Shown here piece by piece: positions 9,618-18,785 of a stretch of DNA of 38,139 bases. The position numbers and the translations under genes were made by a program. Location: NCBI GenBank assembly GCA_964220215.1, contig CAXPTH010000025.1:1-38139 (forward strand), in the 5' to 3' direction. Each line of letters opens with the position of its first letter. The stretch's first letter is position 1. The notes under the pieces were generated by a model. The model saw only the letters and a list, made by a program, of their open reading frames with translations, searched no databases and had not been told where the DNA came from. The DNA comes from Alteromonas sp. (GTDB lineage Bacteria > Margulisbacteria > Marinamargulisbacteria > UBA6595).

Positions 9618-9857
9618 ATGGATATTTATGTTGGGAATATTCCCTATGAATCAACGGAAGATGATATTAGTGCCTTGTTTGGCGAACACGGTCCGGTTAA
9701 AGCGGTTCGTTTTATTCGCGATTATGAAACCAAACGATTCAAAGGGTTCGGCTTTGTGACGATGGACAATCAGTCCGATGCCAACAGCGCAATCGAAAAG
9801 CTCAATGGCACTGAAATTAATGGCCGTGAGTTAAAAATTAGCTCAGCGCGACGCTAA
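9618..9857 (+). CDS. RRM (RNP-1) RNA-binding protein
   Basis: RNP2 IYVGNI and RNP1 KGFGFV. AAGGAG SD. Confidence 0.93.
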   Translation: MDIYVGNIPYESTEDDISALFGEHGPVKAVRFIRDYETKRFKGFGFVTMDNQSDANSAIEKLNGTEINGRELKISSARR

Positions 9858-9881
9858 ACGCTAGATCGAAACCCGCAAACG

Positions 9882-9890
9882 TGTTACGAT
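9882..9890 (+). promoter_or_regulatory. Candidate extended -10 promoter for tRNA-Ser
   Basis: TGtTACGAT ends 11 nt upstream of the tRNA 5' end. Confidence 0.4.
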
Positions 9891-9901
9891 AAACCATTGC
9901 C

Positions 9902-9993
9902 GGAGAGGTACCCAAGTGGCTATAAGGGGACGGTTTGCTAAACCGTTAGTGGTCGTAAGGCCAGCGAGGGTTCGAATCCCTCCCTCTCCGCCA
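9902..9993 (+). tRNA. tRNA-Ser (anticodon GCT)
   Basis: Acceptor stem GGAGAGG/CCTCTCC, discriminator G, encoded CCA; anticodon arm ACGGT-TTGCTAA-ACCGT; long variable arm; T-loop TTCGAAT. Confidence 0.97.
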
Positions 9994-10019
9994 GCAATTT
10001 ACCTTGAGGAAATTAATTA

Positions 10020-10262
10020 ATGACAATACGAAGAACTGAATCCCCGCTTGGCCGAGACTTACGGAAATTAGGAATAGCCTGTGTGAGCACTTTAGGCATT
10101 GTCTTAATGGCAGGTGCCCAGAACGGGTTTGCTATAACCAAGCCCAAATCCATTCCGCAATATAACAAGGACTCCGGCGCAGCAGTCTCCACGCCCCCAC
10201 CAATCCATTCAACCGCCATCCAATTACACCCATTCACTCACAGACCAAGACTATGCCACTAA
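10020..10262 (+). CDS. Hypothetical 80-aa protein with one hydrophobic segment
   Basis: GAGG SD-like sequence upstream; LGIACVSTLGIVLMAGA is hydrophobic; overlaps the SemiSWEET start. No family recognised. Confidence 0.4.
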   Translation: MTIRRTESPLGRDLRKLGIACVSTLGIVLMAGAQNGFAITKPKSIPQYNKDSGAAVSTPPPIHSTAIQLHPFTHRPRLCH

Positions 10263-10510
10263 TCACTGAATCGATCGGCTTACTAGCGGCAACCTGCACA
10301 ACCGTGGCATTTGTTCCCCAGGCCATTAAAGTTATTCGAACCCGAAACACGGAGGGATTATCCCTCAGCATGTATGTGTGTTTTACGATTGGCGTTAGCC
10401 TATGGCTCGTATATGGCTGTTTAATTGGCGATACAGCCATTATTATTGCCAACGCCATTACAGTCGTGTTTGCAGCCACCATTTTAGCCCTAAAGCTCCT
10501 GTATTCGTAA
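10253..10510 (+). CDS. SemiSWEET (PQ-loop) sugar transporter
   Basis: 85 aa, three TM segments, TTVAFVPQAIK, GLSLSMY, LWLVYG, IIIAN. Confidence 0.92.
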   Translation: MPLITESIGLLAATCTTVAFVPQAIKVIRTRNTEGLSLSMYVCFTIGVSLWLVYGCLIGDTAIIIANAITVVFAATILALKLLYS

Positions 10511-10654
10511 TGCTTGCATGTCTCTTTGCCGTGGCACCGAAGCAATTACCCCCTCGAGGCGGGCCAAAAAAGCCGCCGGATCAAGCAACGTCTGCCGCTG
10601 CATCCGCCCGGTTTGCTTCAAAGCTGCCAGCAGCGCCAAGCCATCGGAAAAAAG

Positions 10655-11218
10655 TTAACCAGGCAAAGCCAGGGCCCGTTGCAAATCTTGCGCCTCCTGC
10701 TTCCGAATGGACTGAATCAATCGGTTCAGCTCTGGTTTTTTCCAAGGCCTGGTATCATCGAGAAGAGAAACCACCTGAGAGCTCTGTTTAAGCGCTTCAA
10801 AGACAATGGTATCATTGTTTTTCATGCGTAAGCTGGCAAAACTCAACGCCCATCCCCGCTGTCGCACGGCTTCCAAAACAACAGCATAATCATCCTTTAA
10901 ATGATCTGCGGCAAATTCGAGTGCGCACCCATTGTGTTTTACAGCAGCCAAGACAACCTCTCTATCTGATTGAAAGAGCGGCAACTCTTTTTCCAACGCC
11001 AGTCCATCCGATTTAACACGGGCAATCACTAACTCTTTTTCATCAATTGCCGCCGGCGGCAACTCAAACGGCTCAGTGTCACTACAATCGGATCCATCCA
11101 AGCGCCCCAACACCGCAATTCGATCGATGACCGGAGACGGGCACACGGTTGAGCGTGGGGACGACTCTCTACTCCAAGCAAAACGATTTTTTGATTGGCT
11201 ATCCGGCGTCTCTGGCAT
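10655..11218 (-). CDS. DUF4116-like repeat protein
   Basis: Repeats about 25 aa long of the form D.EVVL.AV...G.AL.FA...LK (e.g. DREVVLAAVKHNGCALEFAADHLK), after a Ser/Pro-rich N-terminus. Confidence 0.8.
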   Translation of the reverse strand: MPETPDSQSKNRFAWSRESSPRSTVCPSPVIDRIAVLGRLDGSDCSDTEPFELPPAAIDEKELVIARVKSDGLALEKELPLFQSDREVVLAAVKHNGCALEFAADHLKDDYAVVLEAVRQRGWALSFASLRMKNNDTIVFEALKQSSQVVSLLDDTRPWKKPELNRLIQSIRKQEAQDLQRALALPG

Positions 11219-11252
11219 TTTTTGTTCTTTTTTTGTGTTATTTTCATTATTC

Positions 11253-11783
11253 TTACATCCTTATATATGCTTTAATCCGATTCAACTTTTTTTCTCCAAT
11301 ACCCGGCACACGGGTTAGTTCTTGCAAACTCGAATACCCCCCATGCTCAGCTCGATACGCCACAATTCGCTGCGCCATTGCCGGCCCAATCCCAGGCACA
11401 GATTCCAACTCTGATACCGATGCCGTGTTGATCGAGACTGGACCGGACCCTGAGCGCACTGTCGACTGCCGATACGGAATCATAATATGCTGACCGTCCG
11501 TCACGCGATTGGCAAAGTTTAGGCCCGACACGTCCCCCTCCGGCAAAACACCCCCCGCCGCTTTGACCACATCCAGCAACCGTGCAGACGGGGCAACGGG
11601 ATACACACCCGGCTGCCGAACCGCCCCCGACACCTGAATCAGCACCTGATAATTCGCAGATGCGACAGCCGCCACAACCGGCTCCGGGGTATGAATGCGA
11701 ACCGGCATCACCCAATGATGATACAGACGCACGCCTACCCCCACGCCCATCATTAACGCTAAAATAATGACTGTGCGCATCAT
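11253..11783 (-). CDS. comEA: Competence DNA receptor ComEA (SLBB + helix-hairpin-helix)
   Basis: N-terminal TM, VSGAVRQPGVY, AAGG, DGQHI, INTASVSELESVPGIGP...AQRIVAYR, VPGIGEK. Confidence 0.92.
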   Translation of the reverse strand: MMRTVIILALMMGVGVGVRLYHHWVMPVRIHTPEPVVAAVASANYQVLIQVSGAVRQPGVYPVAPSARLLDVVKAAGGVLPEGDVSGLNFANRVTDGQHIMIPYRQSTVRSGSGPVSINTASVSELESVPGIGPAMAQRIVAYRAEHGGYSSLQELTRVPGIGEKKLNRIKAYIRM

Positions 11784-14461
11784 CGCTCATGCTCCGTCTG
11801 CATCCACGCCGGGAACCCAACAATGCGATCTCGAAGCGCCTGTGTTTCACGTGAAACATCGTGGGGAACCAATTGGCCGGTCTCACACCAGTACACGCCC
11901 GCCTGGCACGGTTGGTTGGGATACAACACCCCCAGAACCAACACATAAATGGCCAACTGGCGTTGGTACGCAATCGGCAAGGGGTCCACGGGAACCCGGT
12001 CTGTTTTAAAATCAACCACCCACCACACCCCATTGCAATACGCCAAGGCATCCAATCGGCCGGACACACACACATCCTCAATCCAAACCGAAAACGGCCA
12101 CTCCACATGCACCAACCCCGACAACAACCAAGCATAACAGTCCGATACTTGAAAGCGGTCCGCCAGTGCTTGAAGTCGCGCACGATGTTTTTGGGCCACC
12201 GCCATCCATGTGCGATCCACCACCGCATCGCTAATGGCCTGAATGCCCGGCACATCCGGATAGCGCAATTGGTGCGCAAACACCGCATGGACCGCTTCGC
12301 CAAACTGGGCCGCTAAGACCCCATCGGCTAGGGCCATTTTCTTGGCTCGAGCGGCATCCCGCATGGCAAACGAGTCTGGTGAAACCAAATAATCCCCCAA
12401 GGCAGATACCGATACATACTGCCGAGACGGCGGTGGCGAATGATACACGAGCACAGACGAACCAGTGTCCGGCACCGGCAACCCCGATGCCACCACCCAC
12501 CCATCAATCGGCCCATTGGCATACCGAGCCCCCGTTGATTGAAGGGTCACCCACGCATCATCGATCACCAACTCCGAGCGCAGCACATCCAGCATGTGTT
12601 TGACCTTGGGCGCCGCCGATGGCACACCCAACAGATACAAATCCCGCTTGGCACGGGTACAGGCTACATAAAACAACCGCCGTTCCTCATCCAACGCGGA
12701 TTCACGCAGCCGCTGATAAACGGCGTCATGACTCGCCTCAAACGGCGGCACATTAACCGAAAGCGCACCCCCATCAACCAATACCGGATCTTTTGACTGG
12801 TTAAATAGCGAATCCAACTCTGGTGCTATCACGCAGTCAAATTCCAGCCCCTTCGCTGAGTGAATGGTCATGACCCGAACCCCAGCCACCGATTCAACCA
12901 AGGCTTGCTCAACACTGGTGTCATGGCGCATGGCATCGTACCAAGCCTCAATCAGTTGAGGCAGCGCCATCCCCGGCCGCGCCAACGCCGCCACGGCCAA
13001 TTGAATCAACTGTCGCATATTGGCGCATGCCTGCGGCGACGGAAACAAGCGCCAGACACCCAAGCCCGTCAACAACCCATACAACCACGCCTGAACAGAA
13101 ACCGAATGGGCCGTCAAACATAAGCTCTGCCACCCAGATGCGTCAGCGCCTTGGATTTGCACCAGACGATCCGGCCAAGCCCGCCCACGCTCTACCGCCA
13201 GCACCGCCAACGTGCCGGGCGCAACCCCCAGCGCCGCCAGCACAGCCACCCACGCCTCGTCTGCATACGGATCGCTAAACGCATGAATCGCTTGAATCAA
13301 AAACCGAACCTCCGGTTGCCGATAAAACCCCCACCGATCCTGAACCGAGCACGGAACACCCCGCGCAACCAACGCCGCCCGATACCGTGAGAACGACTTC
13401 TTTTTTCGGCATAAAATTGCAATATCGGACCACGTACGCTCGGGGTGTTGGTTAATATAGGCATGGCAATACTGCGCAATGGCATCCATGCGAGCATCAA
13501 ACGACATCGCCCCAAACCAACACCGCACCGACCCCTGCTCACCGGTCGTAGGCACCAATGGCTGAAATTCTGGCATCCAGCCGGAAAAAACCCCATTGAC
13601 AAACTCAATCACAGACTCTGAGCACCGATAATTCTGAACAGACTTCGCCACTGACCCCCCCGGCATGCCTCGAACAGCCGTTGCCATTGTGTAAAAGATA
13701 TCCGGCTCTGCCCCCTGAAACGAATAAATAGACTGAGCCGCATCCCCCACAATGAAGACCGATGTTTCACGTGAAACATCGGTTCGCAAGACCCCGCATA
13801 ATTGAACCAACGCCCATTGATCCGCATTGGTATCCTGAGCCTCGTCCAACAACAGATGCTGAACCGGCCCACTCCCCACTTGCTTAAGCACCGCTTGGGC
13901 ATGGCTCATTAGATCATCAAAATCCAATGCCCCTTGGCCTGACTTTAACTGCCCATAGACCGCCAAACTTTCGCATGTTAACCGATACAACGCCGGGACC
14001 GACTGGCTCAGCCCAGCAATCAAGCCCGGATACGCCAAGAGCTTTAACACAATACGCTCCAACTGATAATCGGACATCCAAGCGACCAGAGCCAACCAAT
14101 CCGCATCCGCCCGCCGACACCGCTCATGCAGCACACGCGCCACCGCTTGACGACGCAGCATATCGGCAGCGCCGCCATCCAAAACCGAAAACGCAATGGG
14201 CCACTGGGAATCAAACGGAAACAATCGCAAAATCATACCGCAAAACTGATGCACCGTCATAACCAACACGGGCGTCGGTCGCCCCAATTGGGCTTGAATA
14301 CGCCGCTTCATTTCATAGGCCGCTTTGTTGGTATAGGTAATCGCCACCACGGCTCCTTGACCAACCACCGAACAAAAGCGATTAACCAGCATCGTAGTTT
14401 TGCCCGCACCGGCCACCGCTTCAACAAACTGATACTGAGAAAACGCAGGATCTACGCCCAT
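11780..14461 (-). CDS. addA: AddA-like UvrD/SF1 helicase with C-terminal PD-(D/E)xK nuclease
   Basis: AGAGKT, ITYTNKAA.EM, LLDEAQD, VGDAAQSIYSF, NYR, MTIHSAKGLEF, EERRLFYVACTRA; nuclease GRLDAL...VVDFKT...QLAIY. Start reassigned to 14461. Confidence 0.88.
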   Translation of the reverse strand: MGVDPAFSQYQFVEAVAGAGKTTMLVNRFCSVVGQGAVVAITYTNKAAYEMKRRIQAQLGRPTPVLVMTVHQFCGMILRLFPFDSQWPIAFSVLDGGAADMLRRQAVARVLHERCRRADADWLALVAWMSDYQLERIVLKLLAYPGLIAGLSQSVPALYRLTCESLAVYGQLKSGQGALDFDDLMSHAQAVLKQVGSGPVQHLLLDEAQDTNADQWALVQLCGVLRTDVSRETSVFIVGDAAQSIYSFQGAEPDIFYTMATAVRGMPGGSVAKSVQNYRCSESVIEFVNGVFSGWMPEFQPLVPTTGEQGSVRCWFGAMSFDARMDAIAQYCHAYINQHPERTWSDIAILCRKKKSFSRYRAALVARGVPCSVQDRWGFYRQPEVRFLIQAIHAFSDPYADEAWVAVLAALGVAPGTLAVLAVERGRAWPDRLVQIQGADASGWQSLCLTAHSVSVQAWLYGLLTGLGVWRLFPSPQACANMRQLIQLAVAALARPGMALPQLIEAWYDAMRHDTSVEQALVESVAGVRVMTIHSAKGLEFDCVIAPELDSLFNQSKDPVLVDGGALSVNVPPFEASHDAVYQRLRESALDEERRLFYVACTRAKRDLYLLGVPSAAPKVKHMLDVLRSELVIDDAWVTLQSTGARYANGPIDGWVVASGLPVPDTGSSVLVYHSPPPSRQYVSVSALGDYLVSPDSFAMRDAARAKKMALADGVLAAQFGEAVHAVFAHQLRYPDVPGIQAISDAVVDRTWMAVAQKHRARLQALADRFQVSDCYAWLLSGLVHVEWPFSVWIEDVCVSGRLDALAYCNGVWWVVDFKTDRVPVDPLPIAYQRQLAIYVLVLGVLYPNQPCQAGVYWCETGQLVPHDVSRETQALRDRIVGFPAWMQTEHER
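11843..11858. promoter_or_regulatory. parS: parS centromere-like site (perfect)
   Basis: Exact TGTTTCACGTGAAACA palindrome inside addA; encodes VSRET. Confidence 0.9.
13763..13778. promoter_or_regulatory. parS: parS centromere-like site (perfect, within a 26-bp palindrome at 13758-13783)
   Basis: ACCGA-TGTTTCACGTGAAACA-TCGGT inside addA; encodes VSRET. Confidence 0.9.
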
Positions 14462-16845
14462 TTTATTTCCGAACACATAAATTGATACACACAGCGGGAA
14501 CATGTATTGGGGCTCAAATTGGGCGGGGCGCCATACTGCCCCGACCGAATCGATGCAACAAGCGCCTCCCAAAGCGACGACTGATTGGACCGAAACGCCG
14601 CATCCAGCGCATGAAACCGCTGATTAAATGGCTTAAATAGCGTTGATTTTGCATCATCATCGGCTAACACGATTACCGGCTCAACACAGCCGTCCTTAAT
14701 GTGCCAAAAACACGCCCCCACTACCCGCCGATCCGGAAAGCACGCCTGAGCAACATGCACATAGACAGCCAGCTGGTGGTGCTTGCCCGTAACCGAATCT
14801 TTTTTAGACGGCACGGTTGCCCCCGTCTTGAAATCAACCACCACCAATGCACCCGTACTGGGGTCTTCTAAAATACAATCAATGGCCCCGGACACCGTCG
14901 CTCCCGATACCAACGGAACGGATTCAAACGCATATTCTGTTTGAAAAACACGCAACCCCATCCGCTCAAAACTAGCCAAAAAAGCATCCAAAAGCCCCGT
15001 TTCAAACCAAGCCTGCCGGACATACAACACCCCATGCGTTGGCCACGATTGGCTGGTCAGCACCGACTCAATCGCTGCTGACAACACCGGCCGCAATTGC
15101 GCCGAATCGGTTGCCAACAAGCGTCCCTCGTCTGAAGACAACCCAGACAAGAACACCTGAGCGATTCGATGCACCATCACCCCCCACAAAACACCCAGAC
15201 GATCCACAGCCACACCATCCAGATTCAAAACATAGCGATAATAATACAGTTGCGGACACTGGGCATACGCATTCATCGCTGTTGCGCTTAAGGCCAATTC
15301 GGCCGGAAAAACCAGCGGTTTTGAGTCCGGCAACACCCCACAGGCCGCTGGAGTATCCAGTGGTTGAAACAGCGGCACCTCCCACTCACTAGCCGAATCA
15401 AATAAACGACTTGGGCCCAGCTGCGATTCTCCGGTCGCATACGAAAACCACCGCTCACGCGCCGGACAGCCACTGTAATAATCCCCAGCACTCTGATACC
15501 GAGCCACACAATCCGGCTCATCAATTAATCGGCCTAAATACGTTGGGGATTCAAATCGGGGCATTGCGTCTTGATCGCACCCCAACACCATGACCACCGA
15601 CGGGGCTGCCCCGGTACCCTCTAAAAAAGAGACCACGGGAACCCCTGATGTTTCACGTGAAACCACAACGCCGCTCAAGTACACCAACAGATCCTCACGC
15701 ACCTGAATGGCGGAGCCGCCCACATCAACATAGTCATCCTGAAAGGACCGCAAGGCAGCCACCATCGCGTAATACGATACCGTCTCAGCGTCTACCCCTG
15801 TCAACCACTCGCGAAGCCCCTCAAGCAGCGTATCGGCCGAGTCTGGCACCCCCTGCACCCATGCCTGTACTGCGCAAACAAGCGCTGAAACAGCCGGATC
15901 CTCCGGATCGCATTCTGAGGGGGCCGCAATCGCCCGCCGAGCTGCCGCACAATCAACAGGCGCCCCCCGATACGTTGCGCATAACGGCGAATCCAATATC
16001 CCACGCATGGCCAAGCTCGGGTCTGGTGCCTGAATTGCCCGCAACAACGCCGCCACAAACTGACCCACAAGGGTCTGCAATACCGGCAGGTCTGGCAACC
16101 CACACACGGGCACCCCGTACTCAGCCGACACTTGTTCAAACATTGGGCCATAGACTCGGATAGACGGCACCACAATGACCATGTCCGACCAAGCGATTCC
16201 AGACGCCGCTTGCTGAACGGCTGTTTGCATGGCCAACCGGGCCTCATCCATGGGCGTTTGGCAGCGATAATAGCGCGAATCGTCCGCCCGCCATCCGGCT
16301 GGGGGCGCATCCAAGAATCGCCGCTGAATCAACGTAAGCGCATACCCCGCATCGGCCAAAACCTGAACCAAGCGCTGATAATCCCACGCCGAGCCAGCCA
16401 CAATATACGCATTGACACACCCGTCCAAACGAGGCATTTCCCATTGGGGCTGCCACTGCCGCTCAAAATCATCCAGCCAGGCCAATAGCACCGCCACGGA
16501 CCCCGTGAGGCGATTCGGCGGGATGTGCGCGGCTCGATCCGGAAACCGGCGCCACCAATAAAACAACGCCATTAAGCTCTCTGGCGTTGAAAATGTTGTG
16601 CGCAATAGGCTTGAATCTGGACAGGTTTGCCGCAACCCCAACAATGCCGCGGGGACCCCTGAGGCGGAGGCCAAGCATTCAGCCGCAGTGTAACACCCCG
16701 GAACCGCATCGGCAAACTGAGCCTGAACCCACCGCTTCACGGGCATGCTGGGCACCACAAGCACCGATGTAGCCGGATCAACCGCTTGAATAGCGGATAC
16801 ATACGCCGCATGGGAATCACATGCAATAACCGGAAACGAAGTCAT
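14452..16845 (-). CDS. addB: AddB-like protein: degenerate helicase-like region plus PD-(D/E)xK nuclease with Fe-S cysteines
   Basis: LSATAMNAYAQCP..YYYRYVL, GVMVH, SGAIDCI, VVDFKTG, QLAVY and C-terminal CSRCVYQFMC. No Walker A. Directly upstream of addA. Confidence 0.82.
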   Translation of the reverse strand: MTSFPVIACDSHAAYVSAIQAVDPATSVLVVPSMPVKRWVQAQFADAVPGCYTAAECLASASGVPAALLGLRQTCPDSSLLRTTFSTPESLMALFYWWRRFPDRAAHIPPNRLTGSVAVLLAWLDDFERQWQPQWEMPRLDGCVNAYIVAGSAWDYQRLVQVLADAGYALTLIQRRFLDAPPAGWRADDSRYYRCQTPMDEARLAMQTAVQQAASGIAWSDMVIVVPSIRVYGPMFEQVSAEYGVPVCGLPDLPVLQTLVGQFVAALLRAIQAPDPSLAMRGILDSPLCATYRGAPVDCAAARRAIAAPSECDPEDPAVSALVCAVQAWVQGVPDSADTLLEGLREWLTGVDAETVSYYAMVAALRSFQDDYVDVGGSAIQVREDLLVYLSGVVVSRETSGVPVVSFLEGTGAAPSVVMVLGCDQDAMPRFESPTYLGRLIDEPDCVARYQSAGDYYSGCPARERWFSYATGESQLGPSRLFDSASEWEVPLFQPLDTPAACGVLPDSKPLVFPAELALSATAMNAYAQCPQLYYYRYVLNLDGVAVDRLGVLWGVMVHRIAQVFLSGLSSDEGRLLATDSAQLRPVLSAAIESVLTSQSWPTHGVLYVRQAWFETGLLDAFLASFERMGLRVFQTEYAFESVPLVSGATVSGAIDCILEDPSTGALVVVDFKTGATVPSKKDSVTGKHHQLAVYVHVAQACFPDRRVVGACFWHIKDGCVEPVIVLADDDAKSTLFKPFNQRFHALDAAFRSNQSSLWEALVASIRSGQYGAPPNLSPNTCSRCVYQFMCSEIKWA
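15649..15664. promoter_or_regulatory. parS: parS site (one mismatch)
   Basis: TGTTTCACGTGAAACC inside addB; encodes VSRET. Confidence 0.8.
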
Positions 16846-16864
16846 GCCCATTAGTATACGCTAT

Positions 16865-17212
16865 TTACTCAGCAGCCACACCCACCGGCTCTGTCTCGGA
16901 CGGCTTGGGCGTCATTAACCGAAACGAGTCCCCCACGACCTCTGTAAACCAGCAGTTTTGCCCCTCTTTTTCATACGATCGAACCGTCACCCGACCCTGA
17001 ACCAAACACAAGTCCCCACGCTTAAGCCATTCGCTTGCCCGAACAGCGCTATCCCCCCAGAATACCACCGGAATAAAATCAGCCTGAGACTCCCCGTCTT
17101 TTTTATACCGATTGACCGCCAATGAAAACTGCGCCATCGTAGACTCATTGTGGTCTCGGCAGACCGGGTCTTTTGTTAAACGTCCAACAATAACAACCAA
17201 ATTATAATTCAT
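16865..17212 (-). CDS. ssb: Single-stranded DNA-binding protein, short (115 aa)
   Basis: NLVVIVGRLTKDP, FSLAVNR, ADFIPVVFWG, VQGRV, TEVV. AGGAG SD before ATG 17212. No acidic DDIPF-type tail. Confidence 0.93.
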   Translation of the reverse strand: MNYNLVVIVGRLTKDPVCRDHNESTMAQFSLAVNRYKKDGESQADFIPVVFWGDSAVRASEWLKRGDLCLVQGRVTVRSYEKEGQNCWFTEVVGDSFRLMTPKPSETEPVGVAAE

Positions 17213-17394
17213 ACAAAACTCCTGAATAACCACGACAAAACACGCTTATTTTTGCATAGTTTTTTGATATTGTAAATAATTTTATTAAACAAAAAAACTT
17301 AAAATTTTGATGCTGATTAATAAACAAAGCTCCAAATCAAAAAAATTGCAGACCTTGCATTATTCAACAATTTTGTGTAATAATTAAAGGGCTA

Positions 17395-18366
17395 ATGAAT
17401 AAAAGTTGTATCAGCCCTAGGTACACCAGTCATACGAATAGGTGTCAATCCCTCAAAGAAGACAGTCTCTCTACTCCCGAACAGAATAAACTATCGAATT
17501 TTGTGCTTTACCACAACATCCGTCCCTTTTTGACATTACAGGAAGTATTATCGGGAATCAGCAATATTAACCAAAGCCATGCCAAACTATTTTCAAAAAA
17601 ACCACAAATGGCCGAATTTGAGCGCCAAATAAATATAGCTTTTGTTTCGCCAACAATTCTAGATCTATGCAAGCAGGTATATGATAGAATTCTCTCAGAA
17701 AACACAAGCGCCACACCGAGCTTTCCTTTTTTCAAAAAAATGGCTTTTAAGAAAATGTATTCAGCAATAATCAATCACCCCCAAGCCCATTCACTCTCTG
17801 AAGAAGTCAGACACACTGTTTTGCGAGCGAAAATTAACGAGTATCAACGAGTATTCGAACAAAATTTAGCAAATCAGATCACGTTTTCTTTTAGCAGGGA
17901 CCTAATTAAAACAAAATGTGCCGAAACATATCCAGAAATCACAAGTTACATCGCAGACACTGAGTATAACAAACATCTCATAGATAGTATCTATAATAAA
18001 TTATGGCCCCTGATAACGATTCCCCCGAGTTTGTCTGAAACTCATATTCAAGCTGGGCTACGCATGGTAATTTGGGAGTGCCATACCGAACTAGCGTATA
18101 CAGAGTTAACCAAGCTGACCAATTTTTTTTTTCAGAAAAACAACATTCAAGATATGTACGAAGGCTTACTGGGAGACCTCAGGAACAAACCTCTCTCAGA
18201 TAGAGAAAAAAATAATTCCATTTCCACGCTACAGAACGAACTATATAAAGCGATACAGCCAGAAGCCAAGTTTCTGAGTCAAAGAGACCTGAGGGCTACC
18301 CTAGATAAAATAATTGTAGAGCGACTAGAAGCATTAGATCTTGGGACTGTTGCTCAAAGGCCGTAA
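17395..18366 (+). CDS. Hypothetical protein (323 aa) in AT-rich DNA
   Basis: Long ORF in AT-rich sequence with no competing frame. No motif recognised. Confidence 0.75.
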   Translation: MNKSCISPRYTSHTNRCQSLKEDSLSTPEQNKLSNFVLYHNIRPFLTLQEVLSGISNINQSHAKLFSKKPQMAEFERQINIAFVSPTILDLCKQVYDRILSENTSATPSFPFFKKMAFKKMYSAIINHPQAHSLSEEVRHTVLRAKINEYQRVFEQNLANQITFSFSRDLIKTKCAETYPEITSYIADTEYNKHLIDSIYNKLWPLITIPPSLSETHIQAGLRMVIWECHTELAYTELTKLTNFFFQKNNIQDMYEGLLGDLRNKPLSDREKNNSISTLQNELYKAIQPEAKFLSQRDLRATLDKIIVERLEALDLGTVAQRP

Positions 18367-18616
18367 ACAAACAAAACCACTGATACGCCAGGTTATACCT
18401 CAGCTGCTTTTCCATTTCTCGATCCGAATGATCGACCATAAATTGCAAAAACAAACACTTTAATCCACAATCTAGCCCATATCCATGTCAACCCACTTTA
18501 GATTTTCCTGAATTTACTCGATAGGCCACACTTGAAAAATTGATGCATTCATTGATTTTTCGTAACGCATGATTACTTTCTATTTTCTTTTCTAAATCAA
18601 TGTCGTAAAATGCCAT
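18350..18616 (-). pseudogene. IS5/IS1182-like transposase N-terminal (DUF772-like) remnant
   Basis: AAGGAGG SD, then MAFYDIDLEKKIESNHALRKINECINFS...KVG*HGYGLDCGLKCLFLQFMVDHSDREMEKQLRYNLAYQWFC. In-frame TGA at 18488-18490; no DDE domain follows. Not in the ORF track. Confidence 0.75.
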
Positions 18617-18667
18617 TTGTGTCCTCCTTATGCTTTTCATATATAATTACTAAGTATAAAGGATTAC

Positions 18668-18690
18668 TCAGCCAGCTGTAAGCTGGCTGA
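18668..18690 (+). terminator. Hairpin with T-rich tail (intrinsic terminator-like, or a structure at the IS end)
   Basis: TCAGCCAGCT-GTA-AGCTGGCTGA followed by TTTATTT, between two convergent orphan genes. Confidence 0.5.
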
Positions 18691-18785
18691 TTTATTTAAT
18701 TTCGCAACAGTCCCGTCTTCTTACTGCATATTTTGAGTATTATGATTGAGGCATTTTTTTTAAAATTTTTAATTTGCCTTTCTGC

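Noticed and set aside
11843..15664. Repeated palindrome as a CRISPR repeat or REP element
   Set aside because: Only three copies, about 1.9 kb apart and inside genes, matching the parS consensus. No array or cas genes in the window.
11780..16845. Helicase plus nuclease pair as a novel anti-phage defence system
   Set aside because: Domain order, Fe-S cysteines, addB-addA arrangement and core-like composition fit housekeeping AddAB.
18488..18490. In-frame TGA as recoding (Sec, Trp or Gly) or an alternative genetic code
   Set aside because: TGA is a normal stop in murD, dapB, tmk and atpC here, and the transposase is truncated anyway.
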